Shown: one piece after another, positions 24,434-36,121 of the stretch
Layout: the number at the start of each line of letters is the position of its first letter
Numbering within the stretch: position 1 is the stretch's first letter
NCBI RefSeq assembly: GCF_003790525.1
Contig: NZ_CP033635.1
Strand: one strand, 5' to 3'
Source of the DNA: Escherichia coli
GTDB taxonomy: Bacteria > Pseudomonadota > Gammaproteobacteria > Enterobacterales > Enterobacteriaceae
DNA: 64,000 nt
Made by a program: the position numbers and the translations under genes
The notes under the pieces: generated by a model
What the model was told of the DNA's origin: nothing
Seen by the model: only the letters and a program-made list of their open reading frames with translations
Databases searched by the model: none

Positions 24434-26530
24434 TTAGCGGAAATTGACGCTACGGTCGCTGGTCATGTCATACAACTGGAACTTACGCCCAAGTTGCTGA
24501 CCACCGTCACGCGTCAGCGGCGTCCAGCCAATTGCCGCACGACTGCGTGTTGGGCCAGACGAGAAGAGATCCAGCGGTACAGAGACATATACGCCTTTGG
24601 TGAAGTCCCCTTCGCCGTACTCCTCTTTCGAAACATTGGTGATCGTGGCATAGCCACCCACCACCACGCCGCTATCAAAGCGTTTGGCGATCTCCAGCGT
24701 GCCGCCTTTATCCCCTGCCAGATACTGCCCGATGCTGGCTTTCACTAACACATCCTGAGCGAAAGATGGCGTCCAGTAGGCGGTCAGATGTCCGGTTTTC
24801 ACGCTGTAATCGGTGAATTTCATCATATCTTTTGCGCTACGCCAGTCGCGCTGTTTAACGTAGTTGGCATCCAGACCAAACGCCCAGTTGCTGTCCAGCG
24901 GGCGATACAACACTTCAGCCCCCACGCCGCCAAACATGGTTTCGAGATAACCTCCGTAGACCTGACCGTAGAAGCCGTTGCCCAGATGCTGGAAGTAGTT
25001 GGCTTGCAGGTTATTCACATAGACATCATTCTGCACATACTCGCGCACATGGGTACGAACGCGCGGTAAGTGCGAGTCCTGCGGTGGATTGGTGTAGTTA
25101 AACTTGTCGTAGTTGTTGGCAAGGTTAGCAAACAGGCTGCCGGTGGTGAGCAGATGCTCCGTCAGCCACAAATCCGCCGTTCCCATCACGCCCAGCTGAT
25201 ACATGTAAAAGTTTTCCGGGCCACCGACCGACTGGTTCAGCACCGGATCGATATGGAAATCAAAGCGTGATTTGTCAATATACCAGCCCTGCTCGGTGGA
25301 CTTCGGAACCACTGGCTCGACGCGTTTTTGCGCCAGCTTCGTTTCGTGGCCCAACGGCTCTCCGGCGAGATGATTTTTCAGGCTGGCGACATCGGTTTCC
25401 GTCGTCACCTGCGGCATGTTAAGGCGATTTTCCGTAATGCGGATCGTTTTGATCCCATCCGGCAGATCGTTCATCACGATCCGATTAGCACGGATGATCC
25501 CTTCGCGCGAATCACGATATTTCACCTGCTCGCCGGTAACATACAGCGTATCGCCTTTCGCCTGGATCTGCGGATCGGCCAGTCCGGCGTTGTATTTCAA
25601 CAGCGTTAACTGATTCGCCACCACCGAATGCTGCAAAATGGCATCCTGTGGCTGCGGTTGATATTGCGGGCGGGCGTTATCGTTATACGAAGGACGCAGA
25701 TCGTTAAAGTTGGTGCGCAGCGTGACGCCAAACATAAAGGTGTTGCCACGTTCATAGCTAAGGTTAACGTCGGCCCAATCGGTAACGCGATAAATCGCCC
25801 CGACGTTAAACTTACTTTTTTGCTCCAGCTTCCCGGCAAAATCCTGCTGATAATTATTGCCTTCATACTCCAGTTTCAGGCGCAGCGGTTGCCAGGGCGT
25901 CTGGTATTCCACGCCGCCAAACAGTGAGGCCGGGCCGTGGAACATCTGGCTACCGTCGATAGATCCCGCCTGTTTATAGCTGTTATCGCGATAGCAATAT
26001 TTATCACTGGCTGAACAGAGCGGATTTTTCACATTACCGCTGGTGCCCAGATATCCCCAGCCCAGGCCGAGCGTAAAATCGAACGGCCCCCAGGCTTTGC
26101 TGGCGACAAGATATTCCGCATCAAACAGCCCCGTACCGCCGATATCCCGCGCACCAACCGCCACTTGCGGCAGCCAATAACTCTCTTCCCACAAACGCAG
26201 TTTGAGATCGAAGGCTTTATCTTTATACGTTTGATCACCAGAGAACGCTTCGACGCTGCTGTACTGCCGGGTGCGCACGTCGGTGTAGCGCAGCGTTGTT
26301 TCCAGCCACGGGAAGAGTTGCACTGAAGCTGAGTAATAACGGTACTGATCGTTATCGCGATAGTTCAGGCTCAACTCCCCTTCCCGCGCCATGCGCGCGG
26401 TGGGCGTTTGTAATAATCCTACGCCACCGAAATCCGACTGCGACGGACCAATGGGCGCAGGATATGTTTCGCCGTAGCAAGCTGTGCTAATGCCCAGCGC
26501 CAGTAAGCTAAGCAGATGTCTTTTTTTCAT
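24434..26530 (-). CDS. yjbH: outer-membrane beta-barrel lipoprotein of the yjbEFGH exopolysaccharide operon (GfcD-like)
   Basis: 698 aa with signal peptide and lipobox-like STAC; last gene of a four-gene minus-strand cluster. Confidence 0.9.
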   Translation of the reverse strand: MKKRHLLSLLALGISTACYGETYPAPIGPSQSDFGGVGLLQTPTARMAREGELSLNYRDNDQYRYYSASVQLFPWLETTLRYTDVRTRQYSSVEAFSGDQTYKDKAFDLKLRLWEESYWLPQVAVGARDIGGTGLFDAEYLVASKAWGPFDFTLGLGWGYLGTSGNVKNPLCSASDKYCYRDNSYKQAGSIDGSQMFHGPASLFGGVEYQTPWQPLRLKLEYEGNNYQQDFAGKLEQKSKFNVGAIYRVTDWADVNLSYERGNTFMFGVTLRTNFNDLRPSYNDNARPQYQPQPQDAILQHSVVANQLTLLKYNAGLADPQIQAKGDTLYVTGEQVKYRDSREGIIRANRIVMNDLPDGIKTIRITENRLNMPQVTTETDVASLKNHLAGEPLGHETKLAQKRVEPVVPKSTEQGWYIDKSRFDFHIDPVLNQSVGGPENFYMYQLGVMGTADLWLTEHLLTTGSLFANLANNYDKFNYTNPPQDSHLPRVRTHVREYVQNDVYVNNLQANYFQHLGNGFYGQVYGGYLETMFGGVGAEVLYRPLDSNWAFGLDANYVKQRDWRSAKDMMKFTDYSVKTGHLTAYWTPSFAQDVLVKASIGQYLAGDKGGTLEIAKRFDSGVVVGGYATITNVSKEEYGEGDFTKGVYVSVPLDLFSSGPTRSRAAIGWTPLTRDGGQQLGRKFQLYDMTSDRSVNFR

Positions 26531-27267
26531 TATTGAGGTATCCGCTGCGTCAGAGTCTGAAGAATGTCGGCGTTAAGGGCATCAGACGTCTCACTCCAGA
26601 CGGAGTCCGCGAGGCCAACATAAATAATGCTGCCGGGCATCGGCTCTACGTGACGCTTGTTCCAGTAAGCCACCGGCGCTTTTTGCGTGCGTCCGTCCGG
26701 GTAAACCACCCACGCGTAGCTGCGATCCGCACCGCTAAGCAGGTTCTGCCCGGAGAGATAGCTCGCCACGTCGCGACCTGGAGTGAATGGCTGCTTGCCA
26801 GGACGGCTTATAAGCCCGAATAACGTGACCGTGGACGGCGGTGGTCCGACCCACAGCGTGTAGTTGCCCTGCAACGGCGGGTTACCGCGTTCGGCAACGC
26901 GGACGATATCAGGATCAAGATTGATTTTTTGCCTGCCCGTCACTTTCAACGCCTGAATTTGCTGGCGTAAGGCGTTAATTGCGGCGGCATCGTCGGCGCT
27001 GGAATCTGCAGCCAGTTCTGCCAGCCGTGTCAGCAACGCCTGCTGCTGACGCAATGCTGCCGCCGTGGCCAGCTCTTCGCTAATCACCGCACCAGGCCAC
27101 CAGCTGTTTGCCAGCTGCGGTTGGCCTACCAGATCGATTAAATGCTCTGCGCCCGTCAGCGTTTTAGCCTCACTGCTGCCATTGCTGAACACCTTGACGG
27201 TTCCCGCCGCGAAGACTGATGACGCCCCCGCACTCAAAAGCAACGCGACAATAGTTTGTTTAATCAT
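26530..27267 (-). CDS. yjbG: periplasmic protein YjbG (GfcC-like)
   Basis: 245 aa with signal peptide; its stop overlaps the yjbH start by 1 nt. Confidence 0.85.
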   Translation of the reverse strand: MIKQTIVALLLSAGASSVFAAGTVKVFSNGSSEAKTLTGAEHLIDLVGQPQLANSWWPGAVISEELATAAALRQQQALLTRLAELAADSSADDAAAINALRQQIQALKVTGRQKINLDPDIVRVAERGNPPLQGNYTLWVGPPPSTVTLFGLISRPGKQPFTPGRDVASYLSGQNLLSGADRSYAWVVYPDGRTQKAPVAYWNKRHVEPMPGSIIYVGLADSVWSETSDALNADILQTLTQRIPQ

Positions 27268-27932
27268 TGTTTTGCCGCCTTGATGAGGGTGGTTTTCACC
27301 GGGAAATAATCCGCGCCGAGATACTGTTCCGACTGGCGAATTTGCCCTTCGCTGTCGATCCAGTAGCGGTTATGCCAGCGCGCCTGGTCGGTGGAGACTT
27401 CTTCGTCCAGCATGCGAACCGGGGTTTCATCGCTGCCGACCTTGACGGTATCGGTGCCATCCCATTTGAAGACTGAGCGTGCGGTGGCGTAGCGTACCTG
27501 CTGGTACTCGGTCCAGCCCATCGTGCGCGTCCAGGTTGCACCATCAACAATTTGTGCGGGTTTAATCAGCGGGTCGGCAGCAAGGTTATTCACTTCAATC
27601 AGGTTGTCGCCGCCAAGCAAAGTCTTCACCAGACGACCATGTTGTGTGACAAGGGTGGCCTGATCCTGAGTGACCCATTTTTGTTGTCCGTCTTCAGCGA
27701 AGGCCAGCACCACAAATAACTGCGGCCCGCCATTAAGCTGCATGTACTGGCTGGCGTAGGGCATATTTTGAATATCATCGTCCGTCAGTTGTACGCCTGG
27801 CGTACCGAACAGACTGTCCCACAGTGAATTGCCCAGCTCTTTAGTCGTGGCTGAACAGGCCTGTAATAGCAGGCAGATAAGAATGAGTGCAGGTCGCTTC
27901 ACGACTCTTCTCCAGAGGGGCAGAATAACCAC
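27264..27932 (-). CDS. yjbF: lipoprotein YjbF (GfcB-like)
   Basis: Lipobox LLQAC; overlaps the yjbG start by 4 nt (ATGA); exact start uncertain. Confidence 0.8.
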   Translation of the reverse strand: MVILPLWRRVVKRPALILICLLLQACSATTKELGNSLWDSLFGTPGVQLTDDDIQNMPYASQYMQLNGGPQLFVVLAFAEDGQQKWVTQDQATLVTQHGRLVKTLLGGDNLIEVNNLAADPLIKPAQIVDGATWTRTMGWTEYQQVRYATARSVFKWDGTDTVKVGSDETPVRMLDEEVSTDQARWHNRYWIDSEGQIRQSEQYLGADYFPVKTTLIKAAKQ

Positions 27933-28015
27933 ACCGGAGTGTGGTTATGGTAAATCCCTTCATACTTCAAGCCACAGATGCGATGACTCGAATTATTTTG
28001 GGGATACATACTTTA

Positions 28016-28258
28016 TTACTGGGTACTGGTGGTCGTGGTTGTGGTGGTCCCGGTATTAGAACCATCACCGCCACCGGTTGCCGCGAGCGCGACACCCACC
28101 GCCGAGCTTACGGTGCTGACGCTGGTCGCGGAGGAACTCCCCGCCGAAACCGACGTTGCTGCCGACCCTGCCGCTTCGCCCACCTGTACAGGTGCAGCCC
28201 ACGCAGAAGTCGCCGCAAGCGCAGATATGGCAAAAATGCCATACAGAACTTTTTTCAT
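28016..28258 (-). CDS. yjbE: Thr/Ala/Ser-rich secreted protein YjbE (GfcA-like)
   Basis: 80 aa with signal peptide and a poly-Thr tail [12 protein letters not shown]. Confidence 0.8.
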
Positions 28259-28566
28259 AACAATTTCCCTTCATTGAATGAATGGAGATTTACCCAAAAA
28301 CATTTCGGGCGGGATCGAGTATACACAACTAAAGCATGCGAATTACGGCGCGGGTAATTAGTGATGGGGTTTTAGGATAATTGGAATGAATATCAAATAT
28401 AAGCTTCAGATTATATATAAATAACACTAAAAATCATAAGCTTAAAATAAAAATAAAAGTAATTAATCTGCGTATTTTCCGAAATCAATCACGATTAAAA
28501 ATCTATTTTAGGATTAACCTCACGGTATGATTTCCGTTAAATCACAGACAAGGGGATTTATCTGAT

Positions 28567-28596
28567 AAAAAATGCCGACATAACGTCGGCATTTTT
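28567..28596. terminator. bidirectional rho-independent terminator downstream of pgi
   Basis: Hairpin tgccgac-ataa-cgtcggca flanked by an A-run on one side and a T-run on the other. Confidence 0.65.
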
Positions 28597-28611
28597 ATTA
28601 GGGTTATTTAA

Positions 28612-30261
28612 TTAACCGCGCCACGCTTTATAGCGGTTAATCAGACCATTGGTCGAGCTATCGTGGCTGCTGATTTCTTTGTCATCTTTCAGCTCTGGCA
28701 GAATACGGTTCGCCAGTTGTTTACCCAGCTCCACGCCCCACTGGTCGAAGGTGAAGATGTTCAGGATCACGCCCTGAGTAAAGATTTTGTGCTCATACAG
28801 CGCAATCAACGCACCCAGGCTGAACGGAGTGATTTCACGCAGCAGGATGGAGTTGGTCGGGCGGTTACCTTCGAACACTTTGAACGGCACCACGTAGTCA
28901 AGCGTTGCCGGATCTTTACCCTGATCGCGATATTCCTGCTCAACCACTTCGCGGGATTTACCAAACGCCAGCGCTTCGGTCTGAGCGAAGAAGTTAGACA
29001 GCAGTTTCTGGTGATGATCAGAGAGCGGGTTATGGGTGATAGCCGGAGCGATGAAATCGCACGGTACCATTTTGGTTCCCTGGTGGATCAGCTGGTAGAA
29101 CGCGTGCTGACCGTTAGTACCTGGTTCACCCCAGATAATCGGGCCAGTCTGGTAATCCACAACGTTACCGTTACGGTCAACATACTTACCGTTGGACTCC
29201 ATATTGCCCTGCTGGAAGTACGCCGCGAAACGGTGCATATACTGGTCATACGGCAGAATCGCTTCAGTTTCCGCACCAAAGAAATTGTTGTACCAGATGC
29301 CAATCAGCGCCAGCAAGACAGGCAGGTTTTTCTCGGCAGGCGTGGTGGAGAAATGCTTGTCCATCGCGTGTGCGCCAGAAAGCAGTTCAACGAAGTTATC
29401 AAAGCCGATGGAGAGAACAATCGACAGGCCAATCGCTGACCACAAAGAGTAACGACCGCCGACCCAGTCCCAGAATTCGAACATGTTGGCAGTATCAATA
29501 CCAAACTCGCCAACGGCTTTGGCATTGGTGGAAAGCGCCGCAAAGTGTTTCGCAACGTGTTTCTCATCACCTGCCGCTTTCAGGAACCAGTCACGCGCGC
29601 TATGGGCGTTGGTCATGGTTTCCTGAGTGGTGAAGGTTTTAGATGCTACCAGGAACAGCGTGGTTTCCGGGTTTACTTTTTTCAGCACTTCCGCGATGTG
29701 AGTCCCATCGACGTTAGAAACAAAGTGCATGTTCAGGTGGTTTTTGTACGGACGCAGTGCTTCGGTCACCATGTACGGGCCGAGGTCAGAACCACCGATC
29801 CCGATGTTCACTACGTCAGTGATTGCTTTGCCGGTATAGCCTTTCCACTCACCGGAAATAATCGCTTCCGAGAAGGTTTTCATCTTCTCCAGCACCGCGT
29901 TGACTTCCGGCATAACATCTTTGCCATCAACCAGAATCGGGGTATTGCTACGGTTACGCAGCGCTACGTGCAGTACGGCGCGGTTTTCAGTGCGGTTGAT
30001 CTTCTCGCCAGAGAACATCGACTTAATCGCGCCCGCCAGATCGCACTCTTTCGCCAGATCTTGTAATTTCGCCAGCGTCTCTTCAGTGATGCGGTTTTTG
30101 GAGTAATCCACCAGCATCTGATCGTCGAAGGTTACGGAGAACTTAGAAAAACGATCGCCGTCTTTAGCAAAAAGATCGGCGATCGTAACGTCTTTCATTT
30201 CATCGAAGTGTTTCTGTAGTGCCTGCCAGGCAGCGGTCTGCGTTGGATTGATGTTTTTCAT
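28612..30261 (-). CDS. pgi: glucose-6-phosphate isomerase
   Basis: Trimmed to [19 protein letters not shown] (549 aa); recognised as Pgi. Confidence 0.97.
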   Translation of the reverse strand: MKNINPTQTAAWQALQKHFDEMKDVTIADLFAKDGDRFSKFSVTFDDQMLVDYSKNRITEETLAKLQDLAKECDLAGAIKSMFSGEKINRTENRAVLHVALRNRSNTPILVDGKDVMPEVNAVLEKMKTFSEAIISGEWKGYTGKAITDVVNIGIGGSDLGPYMVTEALRPYKNHLNMHFVSNVDGTHIAEVLKKVNPETTLFLVASKTFTTQETMTNAHSARDWFLKAAGDEKHVAKHFAALSTNAKAVGEFGIDTANMFEFWDWVGGRYSLWSAIGLSIVLSIGFDNFVELLSGAHAMDKHFSTTPAEKNLPVLLALIGIWYNNFFGAETEAILPYDQYMHRFAAYFQQGNMESNGKYVDRNGNVVDYQTGPIIWGEPGTNGQHAFYQLIHQGTKMVPCDFIAPAITHNPLSDHHQKLLSNFFAQTEALAFGKSREVVEQEYRDQGKDPATLDYVVPFKVFEGNRPTNSILLREITPFSLGALIALYEHKIFTQGVILNIFTFDQWGVELGKQLANRILPELKDDKEISSHDSSTNGLINRYKAWRG

Positions 30262-30480
30262 TAGCAATACTCTTCTGATTTTGAGAATTGTGACTTTGGA
30301 AGATTGTAGCGCCAGTCACAGAAAAATGTGATGGTTTTAGTGCCGTTAGCGTAATGTTGAGTGTAAACCCTTAGCGCAGTGAAGCATTTATTAGCTGAAC
30401 TACTGACCGCCAGGAGTGGATGAAAAATCCGCATGACCCCATCGTTGACAACCGCCCCGCTCACCCTTTATTTATAAATG

Positions 30481-30785
30481 TACTACCTGCGCTAGCGCAG
30501 GCCAGAAGAGGCGCGTTGCCCAAGTAACGGTGTTGGAGGAGCCAGTCCTGTGATAACACCTGAGGGGGTGCATCGCCGAGGTGATTGAACGGCTGGCCAC
30601 GTTCATCATCGGCTACAGGGGCTGAATCCCCTGGGTTGTCACCAGAAGCGTTCGCAGTCGGGCGTTTCGCAAGTGGTGGAGCACTTCTGGGTGAAAATAG
30701 TAGCGAAGTATCGCTCTGCGCCCACCCGTCTTCCGCTCTTCCCTTGTGCCAAGGCTGAAAATGGATCCCCTGACACGAGGTAGTT
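30481..30785 (+). ncRNA. lysC 5' leader containing a lysine riboswitch (L-box)
   Basis: About 300-nt leader between a TTGACA/TATAAA-like promoter (about 30445-30476) and the lysC ATG; contains conserved L-box strings AGAGGCGC, GGAGGA, CCGAGGUGAUUGAAC. Confidence 0.75.
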
Positions 30786-32135
30786 ATGTCTGAAATTGTT
30801 GTCTCCAAATTTGGCGGTACCAGCGTAGCTGATTTTGACGCCATGAACCGCAGCGCTGATATTGTGCTTTCTGATGCCAACGTACGTTTAGTTGTCCTCT
30901 CGGCTTCTGCTGGTATCACTAATCTGCTGGTCGCTTTAGCTGAAGGACTGGAACCTGGCGAGCGATTCGAAAAACTCGACGCAATCCGCAATATCCAGTT
31001 TGCCATTCTGGAACGTCTGCGTTACCCGAACGTTATCCGTGAAGAGATTGAACGTCTGCTGGAGAATATTACTGTTCTGGCAGAAGCGGCGGCGCTGGCA
31101 ACGTCTCCGGCCCTGACAGATGAACTGGTCAGCCACGGCGAGCTGATGTCGACCCTGCTGTTTGTCGAAATCCTGCGCGAACGCGATGTTCAGGCACAGT
31201 GGTTTGATGTACGTAAAGTGATGCGTACCAACGACCGATTTGGTCGTGCAGAGCCAGATGTAGCCGCGCTGGCGGAACTGGCCGCGCTGCAGCTGCTCCC
31301 ACGCCTCAATGAAGGCTTAGTGATCACCCAGGGATTTATCGGTAGCGAAAATAAAGGTCGGACAACGACGCTTGGCCGTGGAGGCAGCGATTATACGGCA
31401 GCCTTGCTGGCGGAGGCTTTACACGCATCTCGTGTTGATATCTGGACCGACGTCCCGGGCATCTACACCACCGATCCACGCGTGGTTTCCGCAGCAAAAC
31501 GCATTGATGAAATCGCGTTTGCCGAAGCGGCAGAGATGGCAACTTTTGGTGCAAAAGTACTGCATCCGGCAACGTTGCTACCCGCAGTACGCAGCGATAT
31601 CCCGGTCTTTGTCGGCTCCAGCAAAGACCCACGCGCAGGTGGTACGCTGGTGTGCAATAAAACTGAAAATCCGCCGCTGTTCCGCGCGCTGGCGCTTCGT
31701 CGCAATCAGACTCTGCTCACTTTGCACAGCCTGAATATGCTGCATTCTCGCGGTTTCCTCGCGGAAGTTTTCGGCATCCTCGCGCGGCATAATATTTCGG
31801 TAGACTTAATCACCACGTCAGAAGTGAGCGTGGCATTAACCCTTGATACCACCGGTTCAACCTCCACTGGCGATACGTTGCTGACGCAATCCCTGCTGAT
31901 GGAGCTTTCCGCACTGTGCCGGGTGGAAGTGGAAGAGGGGCTGGCGCTGGTCGCGTTGATTGGCAATGACCTGTCAAAAGCCTGCGGCGTTGGCAAAGAG
32001 GTATTCGGCGTACTGGAACCGTTCAACATTCGCATGATTTGTTACGGCGCATCCAGCCATAACCTGTGCTTCCTGGTGCCCGGCGAAGATGCCGAGCAGG
32101 TGGTGCAGAAGCTGCATTTTAATTTATTTGAGTAA
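30786..32135 (+). CDS. lysC: lysine-sensitive aspartokinase III
   Basis: 449 aa; MSEIVVSKFGGTSVADFDAMNRSADIVL; C-terminal ACT domains. Confidence 0.97.
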   Translation: MSEIVVSKFGGTSVADFDAMNRSADIVLSDANVRLVVLSASAGITNLLVALAEGLEPGERFEKLDAIRNIQFAILERLRYPNVIREEIERLLENITVLAEAAALATSPALTDELVSHGELMSTLLFVEILRERDVQAQWFDVRKVMRTNDRFGRAEPDVAALAELAALQLLPRLNEGLVITQGFIGSENKGRTTTLGRGGSDYTAALLAEALHASRVDIWTDVPGIYTTDPRVVSAAKRIDEIAFAEAAEMATFGAKVLHPATLLPAVRSDIPVFVGSSKDPRAGGTLVCNKTENPPLFRALALRRNQTLLTLHSLNMLHSRGFLAEVFGILARHNISVDLITTSEVSVALTLDTTGSTSTGDTLLTQSLLMELSALCRVEVEEGLALVALIGNDLSKACGVGKEVFGVLEPFNIRMICYGASSHNLCFLVPGEDAEQVVQKLHFNLFE

Positions 32136-32387
32136 ATACTGTATGGCCTGGAAGCTATATTTCGGGCCGTATTGATTTTCCTGTCACTATGCTTATCAAT
32201 AAACGAGCCTGTACTCTGTTAACCAACGTCTTTATCGGAGAATAATTGCCTTTAATTTTTTTATCTGCATCTCTAATTAATTATCGAAAGAGATAAATAG
32301 TTAAGAGAAGGCAAAATGAATATTATCAGTTCTGCTCGCAAACGAATTCCCGTACACTGAACTCTCTGGCTCACTGAGGGCACCATC

Positions 32388-32660
32388 ATGGCACTCCCCC
32401 GTATTACCCAAAAAGAGATGACTGAACGCGAGCAGCGTGAACTTAAAACACTGCTGGATCGGGCGCGGATTGCGCATGGTCGCGTACTGACCAACTCCGA
32501 AACCAACAGCATTAAGAAAGAGTACATCGATAAATTAATGGTCGAGCGTGAGGCTGAAGCGAAAAAAGCCCGCCAGTTAAAGAAAAAGCAGGCTTATAAA
32601 CCGGATCCTGAGGCGTCATTTAGCTGGTCAGCAAATACGTCGACGCGCGGCAGGCGCTGA
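32388..32660 (+). CDS. yjbD: small conserved protein YjbD (DUF3811)
   Basis: 90 aa; MALPRITQKEMTEREQRELKTLLDRARIAHG. Confidence 0.85.
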   Translation: MALPRITQKEMTEREQRELKTLLDRARIAHGRVLTNSETNSIKKEYIDKLMVEREAEAKKARQLKKKQAYKPDPEASFSWSANTSTRGRR

Positions 32661-33533
32661 TTAACGTCCCTTCTTTTTTCGCCCCGGCGAGGTAAAACGC
32701 TTACCGTTGGACGCCGGGCGACCGCCTTTTTCCGCCGTTTTTTCCATCTTGACGACTGGACGTTTGATGCCTACCGTTTTCGGCTTGGCCTTCGCTTTAG
32801 GTTTTGCCTCGGAAGAGGAATTTTCGATGAGCTTAAAGAGGTCGATTAACTCATCGTCGGTTAAATCGCGCCACTCACCCAGCGGAATGCCGCTTAAACT
32901 GACGTTCATAATGCGCGTACGTTCCAGCTTTTTCACTTCGTAACCAAAGTGCTCGCACATGCGACGGATCTGACGGTTCAGCCCCTGCACCAGGGTAATG
33001 CGGAAGACAAACGGCGCTTCTTTTTTGACTTTGCACTTTTTCGTCACCGTCCCGAGGATCGGTACTCCCGCCCCCATACCACGAATAAATTCATCGGTAA
33101 TCGGTTTATCAACCGTCACCAGATACTCTTTCTCATGATCGTTACCCGCACGGAGGATCTTATTCACCAGATCGCCGTGATTGGTGAGGAAAATCAGCCC
33201 CTGGGAATCTTTATCCAGGCGGCCAATCGGGAACACGCGTTTGCTGTGGTTAACGAAATCGACAATGTTATCGCGCTCGCCATCTTCGGTGGTGCTGACA
33301 ATACCGACGGGCTTGTTCAGGGCGATAAGTACCAAATCTTCGGCTTCCCGAGGCTCAATCAACTGACCGTTTACTTTCACAACGTCGCCGGGTTTCACCT
33401 GATCGCCAATGGTGGCTCGCTTGCCATTAAGGAACACATTGCCTTGCTCGATATAGCGATCCGCTTCGCGGCGTGAGCAAATTCCGCTTTCGCTGATGTA
33501 TTTATTTAAACGGACTGATGAGTCGGGCAGCAT
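32661..33533 (-). CDS. rluF: 23S rRNA pseudouridine synthase F
   Basis: 290 aa with S4 domain and RsuA-family catalytic region ([10 protein letters not shown]); Lys-rich C-terminal tail. Confidence 0.93.
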   Translation of the reverse strand: MLPDSSVRLNKYISESGICSRREADRYIEQGNVFLNGKRATIGDQVKPGDVVKVNGQLIEPREAEDLVLIALNKPVGIVSTTEDGERDNIVDFVNHSKRVFPIGRLDKDSQGLIFLTNHGDLVNKILRAGNDHEKEYLVTVDKPITDEFIRGMGAGVPILGTVTKKCKVKKEAPFVFRITLVQGLNRQIRRMCEHFGYEVKKLERTRIMNVSLSGIPLGEWRDLTDDELIDLFKLIENSSSEAKPKAKAKPKTVGIKRPVVKMEKTAEKGGRPASNGKRFTSPGRKKKGR

Positions 33534-33880
33534 AAATTCTCCTGTAAAACGCGGAATATACCGTACCTCTTAGCGGGGAAAAACAGGGTTATGCGGCAAC
33601 GTCGAAATTAAATGTGATCTGCCACGCCTTTTATCACAAAAGTGTCTCCGGAAGTACGATGCAAATTCGCCTGGCAAAATAAGGATAATCAACATATTAC
33701 GAATCGCTGCACACCTGTGCTGATGACTACTACGCAGAGAAACAAATGTGCAAGAGAAAGCGCTATTTCTCCCCATGCAAAGAGTGAAAAATCGCTTTGA
33801 AAGGCCATCATGATGGGGTTATATCAGATCAAGCGGTGAGAAAGCGTATTTGCACAAATGTGCAGAACCAGGAGGCGGCA

Positions 33881-34828
33881 ATGGAAAACAGTGACGATAT
33901 CCGTTTGATTGTGAAGATTGCCCAACTCTATTACGAACAGGATATGACGCAGGCGCAAATCGCGCGCGAACTGGGTATTTACCGCACCACCATCAGCCGC
34001 TTGCTTAAACGAGGCCGCGATCAGGGAATTGTCACCATCGCCATCAACTATGACTACAACGAAAATCTCTGGCTGGAGCAGCAACTGAAGCAAAAGTTTG
34101 GCCTGAAAGACGTTGTGGTGGTGTCGGGAAATGATGAGGATGAAGAGACTCAACTGGCGATGATGGGGTTACACGGCGCGCAACTGCTGGATCGCTTGCT
34201 GGAACCTGGCGATATTGTCGGTTTTTCCTGGGGCCGCGCGGTGAGCGCACTGGTTGAAAACTTGCCGCAGGCGGGGCAATCGCGGCAGTTAATTTGCGTG
34301 CCGATTATTGGCGGCCCGTCCGGTAAACTCGAAAGCCGCTATCACGTAAACACATTAACCTACAGCGCGGCAGCGAAGCTGAAAGGGGAATCGCATCTCG
34401 CGGATTTTCCGGCTCTGCTGGATAACCCATTAATTCGTAATGGGATCATGCAGTCTCAGCACTTTAAAACCATCTCTGCCTACTGGGATAATCTGGATGT
34501 CGCCCTGGTGGGAATTGGCTCACCGGCCATTCGCGACGGCGCTAACTGGCATGCGTTTTATGGTGGTGAAGAGAGTGACGACCTGAATGCCCGCCAGGTT
34601 GCTGGCGATATTTGCTCGCGCTTTTTTGATATTCACGGCGCAATGGTTGAAACGAATATGAGCGAAAAAACACTCTCTATCGAAATGAATAAATTAAAGC
34701 AGGCACGGTATTCCATTGGCATTGCCATGAGCGAAGAAAAATACAGCGGAATTGTTGGTGCACTGCGTGGAAAATATATTAATTGTCTGGTAACGAATAG
34801 CAGCACAGCTGAACTATTACTGAAATAA
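33881..34828 (+). CDS. sorC: sorbose operon transcriptional regulator (SorC family)
   Basis: Track ORF trimmed to MENSDDIRLIVKIAQLYYEQDMTQAQIARELGIYRTTISRLL (HTH) preceded by RBS aggagg; 315 aa; sugar-phosphate-binding C-terminal domain. Confidence 0.8.
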   Translation: MENSDDIRLIVKIAQLYYEQDMTQAQIARELGIYRTTISRLLKRGRDQGIVTIAINYDYNENLWLEQQLKQKFGLKDVVVVSGNDEDEETQLAMMGLHGAQLLDRLLEPGDIVGFSWGRAVSALVENLPQAGQSRQLICVPIIGGPSGKLESRYHVNTLTYSAAAKLKGESHLADFPALLDNPLIRNGIMQSQHFKTISAYWDNLDVALVGIGSPAIRDGANWHAFYGGEESDDLNARQVAGDICSRFFDIHGAMVETNMSEKTLSIEMNKLKQARYSIGIAMSEEKYSGIVGALRGKYINCLVTNSSTAELLLK

Positions 34829-34897
34829 AAATCTTCCCGATGTTTACCGTAATAAAAATTACGGCGGGTCCCTATTATCTAAAATCAGGAGTCTGTT

Positions 34898-35704
34898 ATG
34901 CAAACGTGGTTAAATTTGCAGGATAAAATCATTATTGTCACCGGCGGCGCATCCGGTATTGGTCTGGCGATTGTGGATGAATTATTAGCACAAGGCGCGA
35001 ATGTACAGATGGTCGATATTCACGGTGGCGATGGTCAATATGAAAACCATAAAGGTTATCAGTTCTGGCCGACCGATATTTCCAGCGCCAAAGAGGTAAA
35101 TCATACGGTAGCAGAAATTATCCAGCGTTTTGGTCGCATCGACGGTCTGGTCAATAACGCCGGGGTCAATTTCCCGCGTCTGCTGGTCGATGAGAAAGCG
35201 CCTGCCGGGCAGTATGAACTCAACGAAGCGGCATTCGAAAAAATGGTCAATATCAACCAGAAAGGCGTTTTTCTGATGTCGCAGGCGGTGGCGCGACAGA
35301 TGGTCAAACAACATGATGGCGTGATTGTGAATGTTTCCTCAGAAAGTGGGCTGGAAGGCTCAGAAGGCCAAAGCTGTTACGCCGCGACCAAAGCCGCGCT
35401 CAATAGCTTCACGCGCTCCTGGTCGAAAGAGCTGGGTAAGCACGGTATCCGTGTGGTCGGTATCGCGCCGGGGATTCTGGAAAAAACAGGACTGCGTACG
35501 CCGGAATATGAAGAAGCGCTGGCGTGGACGCGCAATATCACCGTCGAGCAGCTGCGTGAAGGCTATACCAAAAACGCCATTCCTATTGGGCGCGCCGGAA
35601 GATTAGCAGAAGTGGCTGATTTTGTTTGTTATCTGCTGTCTGAACGCGCCAGCTATATCACCGGAGTAACCACTAACATTGCGGGCGGCAAAACGCGCGG
35701 CTAA
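34898..35704 (+). CDS. sorD: D-glucitol-6-phosphate dehydrogenase (short-chain dehydrogenase/reductase)
   Basis: 268 aa; TGGASGIG Rossmann motif and YxxxK (YAATK) catalytic motif. Confidence 0.8.
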   Translation: MQTWLNLQDKIIIVTGGASGIGLAIVDELLAQGANVQMVDIHGGDGQYENHKGYQFWPTDISSAKEVNHTVAEIIQRFGRIDGLVNNAGVNFPRLLVDEKAPAGQYELNEAAFEKMVNINQKGVFLMSQAVARQMVKQHDGVIVNVSSESGLEGSEGQSCYAATKAALNSFTRSWSKELGKHGIRVVGIAPGILEKTGLRTPEYEEALAWTRNITVEQLREGYTKNAIPIGRAGRLAEVADFVCYLLSERASYITGVTTNIAGGKTRG

Positions 35705-35713
35705 GGAGGCTTT

Positions 35714-36121
35714 ATGGTCAATGCCATTTTTTGCGCCCACGGCAAATTAGCCTGCGCCATGCTGGAATCGGTTCAGATGGTGTACGGCGATGCCAGGGTC
35801 GAGGCCGTTGAATTTGTGCCCGGCGAGAACGCCGGAGACATTGTGGCAAAGCTGGAGAAGTTAGTGAGCATTCACAATCATGACGAGTGGCTAATCGCCG
35901 TGGATTTACAGTGCGGCAGCCCGTGGAATGCGGCAGCGATGCTTGCGATGCGCAATCCTCGTCTGCGGGTAATCAGCGGCCTTTCTCTGCCGCTGGCGCT
36001 CGAACTGGTTGATAACCAGGACAGCATGAATATTGATGAACTGTGTGAACACCTGACGCAAATCGCAAAGCAAATCTGCGTCGTCTGGAGACAGGTGGCA
36101 ACAGCGGAGGAGGATTTCTGA
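35714..36121 (+). CDS. sorF: PTS sorbose-specific EIIA component (mannose family)
   Basis: 135 aa; its stop overlaps the sorB start (TGATG). Confidence 0.8.
   Translation: MVNAIFCAHGKLACAMLESVQMVYGDARVEAVEFVPGENAGDIVAKLEKLVSIHNHDEWLIAVDLQCGSPWNAAAMLAMRNPRLRVISGLSLPLALELVDNQDSMNIDELCEHLTQIAKQICVVWRQVATAEEDF

Noticed and set aside
28016-28357. Several overlapping ORFs on both strands around yjbE (28029-28277 plus strand, 28065-28274 minus strand, 27941-28357 plus strand).
   Set aside because: Low-complexity repetitive region encoding the Thr/Ala/Ser-rich YjbE; alternative frames are artefacts of the repeat.
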